From the NCBI GenBank assembly GCA_050273025.1, contig CP158635.1, positions 32,178,001-32,242,000 on the forward strand: a stretch of 64,000 bases of DNA. Direction: 5' to 3'. Positions 62,928-64,000 of the stretch are shown here, piece by piece; position 1 is the first letter of the stretch; every line of letters begins with the position of its first letter. This DNA is from Cenococcum geophilum (lineage: Eukaryota). Below the pieces are notes generated by a model. It saw nothing but the letters and a program-made list of their open reading frames with translations, did no database searches and was not told where the DNA came from. A program made the position numbers and the translations under genes.

Positions 62928-63529
62928 GCCCCTCGCCATTCTCTCTTACAAGGCACTTGGGCGACGGGCAATCGGAAATTTCGACTATGACAATTCAAGC
63001 TAGTATACAGTACTATTACCTGCTGTGGGGGAAGCCCACCAGCACGCGGCATCACCCCGGTCGAGGTTACTGGTAGCCCAATACTGGTTACATACGAACT
63101 GACTGTTCGATGCGGCTTACCCGTCGTACGCCCCCTCCTGCCTATACTCTTCCCTCTTTCTTACTTCGCTCCACGCTTTCTACGCTTCTTCACTGGCTGC
63201 ACACAGTCAACCTAGTCAAGAGATCCCCCCCAGCTCATTTGTAGTAATAGGTTAGTCATTCCCTGCTTCTCTTGGGAATCGCCTAGTTGACACGCTCTTG
63301 ACGATCCCAATGGGTCCATGATGTTCAAGCTTGATTCAGAAGGTTTTGGACACCCCCGATGATCCGCGCAGAACCCATTCGTCAGCAGAATTCGAGATAC
63401 CTGTGCAATACCACTAGACCTCAACATGATCGTCGATAACGCCCAGCAGAGTCAACAATATTGACTATATCTCAGGCAACATTTGTCTCGTCGAATATGG
63501 CACAGTTAGTGTCGGCATCACGACAGAGC

Positions 63530-64000
63530 ATGGCAAACACAGCGATCAGAGCAGTCTTCTTTGACTTCATGGGCACATGCCTAGACTGGCACAGCGGAGC
63601 AATCAAAGTCTTACCACAATCCATCGCTGAAAGCGAGAGGTCGAAGCTCGCTCTGGAATGGCGTCATGACTACTTCGATGCCAACGCTGCCCGCCTCGCC
63701 GCCAATGAACCTCCTGAAGATATCGACGTCACGCTCCGCAAGACTCTGGACGCTTTGCTGGAGAAGCATCCAGAACATAAACATTTGTTCGACGACCGCA
63801 CCAAGCATCAATGTGTAGTCGCATGGCACTCGATGCCAGCCTGGCCGGAAGTCCCTCCAGCCATCGAGCAGCTAAAGGCCGCAGGGTATGAGGTGTTCGT
63901 CTTTGCGAATGGTACTACTCGATTGCAGCTTGACCTCTGTAAGTCTTCAGGCTTGAGATTTAACATGTTGTTCTCGAGCGAGTTACTGGGAGTATACAAA
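63530..64000 (+). CDS. Haloacid dehalogenase type II-like (HAD superfamily) protein, partial, runs off the window
   Basis: Open frame MANTAIRAVFFDFMGTCLDW...AWHSMPAWPEV...FANGTTRLQLDL...LFSSELLGVYK; an in-frame upstream ATG at 63497 is an alternative start. Confidence 0.92.
   Translation, partial: MANTAIRAVFFDFMGTCLDWHSGAIKVLPQSIAESERSKLALEWRHDYFDANAARLAANEPPEDIDVTLRKTLDALLEKHPEHKHLFDDRTKHQCVVAWHSMPAWPEVPPAIEQLKAAGYEVFVFANGTTRLQLDLCKSSGLRFNMLFSSELLGVYK

Noticed and set aside
1..64000. Starship captain (DUF3435), tRNA or rRNA genes
   Set aside because: None recognisable by eye; RIP could hide a degenerate captain, so an HMM search on de-RIPped sequence is needed.

Overview
Filamentous ascomycete genomic DNA (probably a Dothideomycete; inferred from RIP and gene content) with a sharp two-compartment structure. 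Bases 1-~47,850 are an AT-rich graveyard of nested retrotransposons degenerated by RIP (TpA excess, W/Q codons turned to stops). I resolved six Gypsy elements, two Copia elements, three solo LTRs, a foldback MITE and a minisatellite-bearing TIR element, most with LTR pairs and 5-bp target-site duplications (TSDs) visible. Nesting: Copia H <- Gypsy G <- Copia F <- Gypsy D <- (Gypsy C, Gypsy E), and separately Gypsy A <- Gypsy B. Bases ~48,200-57,850 are a small gene island: DUF3638/3645-type pseudogene remnant, F-box-like hypothetical gene, membrane-anchored multicopper oxidase, secreted acid phosphatase and a truncated flavin-reductase pseudogene. Bases 57,858-62,927 are a second repeat block, followed by a HAD-family dehalogenase gene running off the end. 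The two most unusual observations are (1) a three-intron, antisense, Zn-cluster-like gene carried inside Gypsy B and (2) a two-hairpin cis-module shared by the 3' non-coding regions of two Copia and two Gypsy families. Coordinates were read by eye; domain boundaries are approximate.
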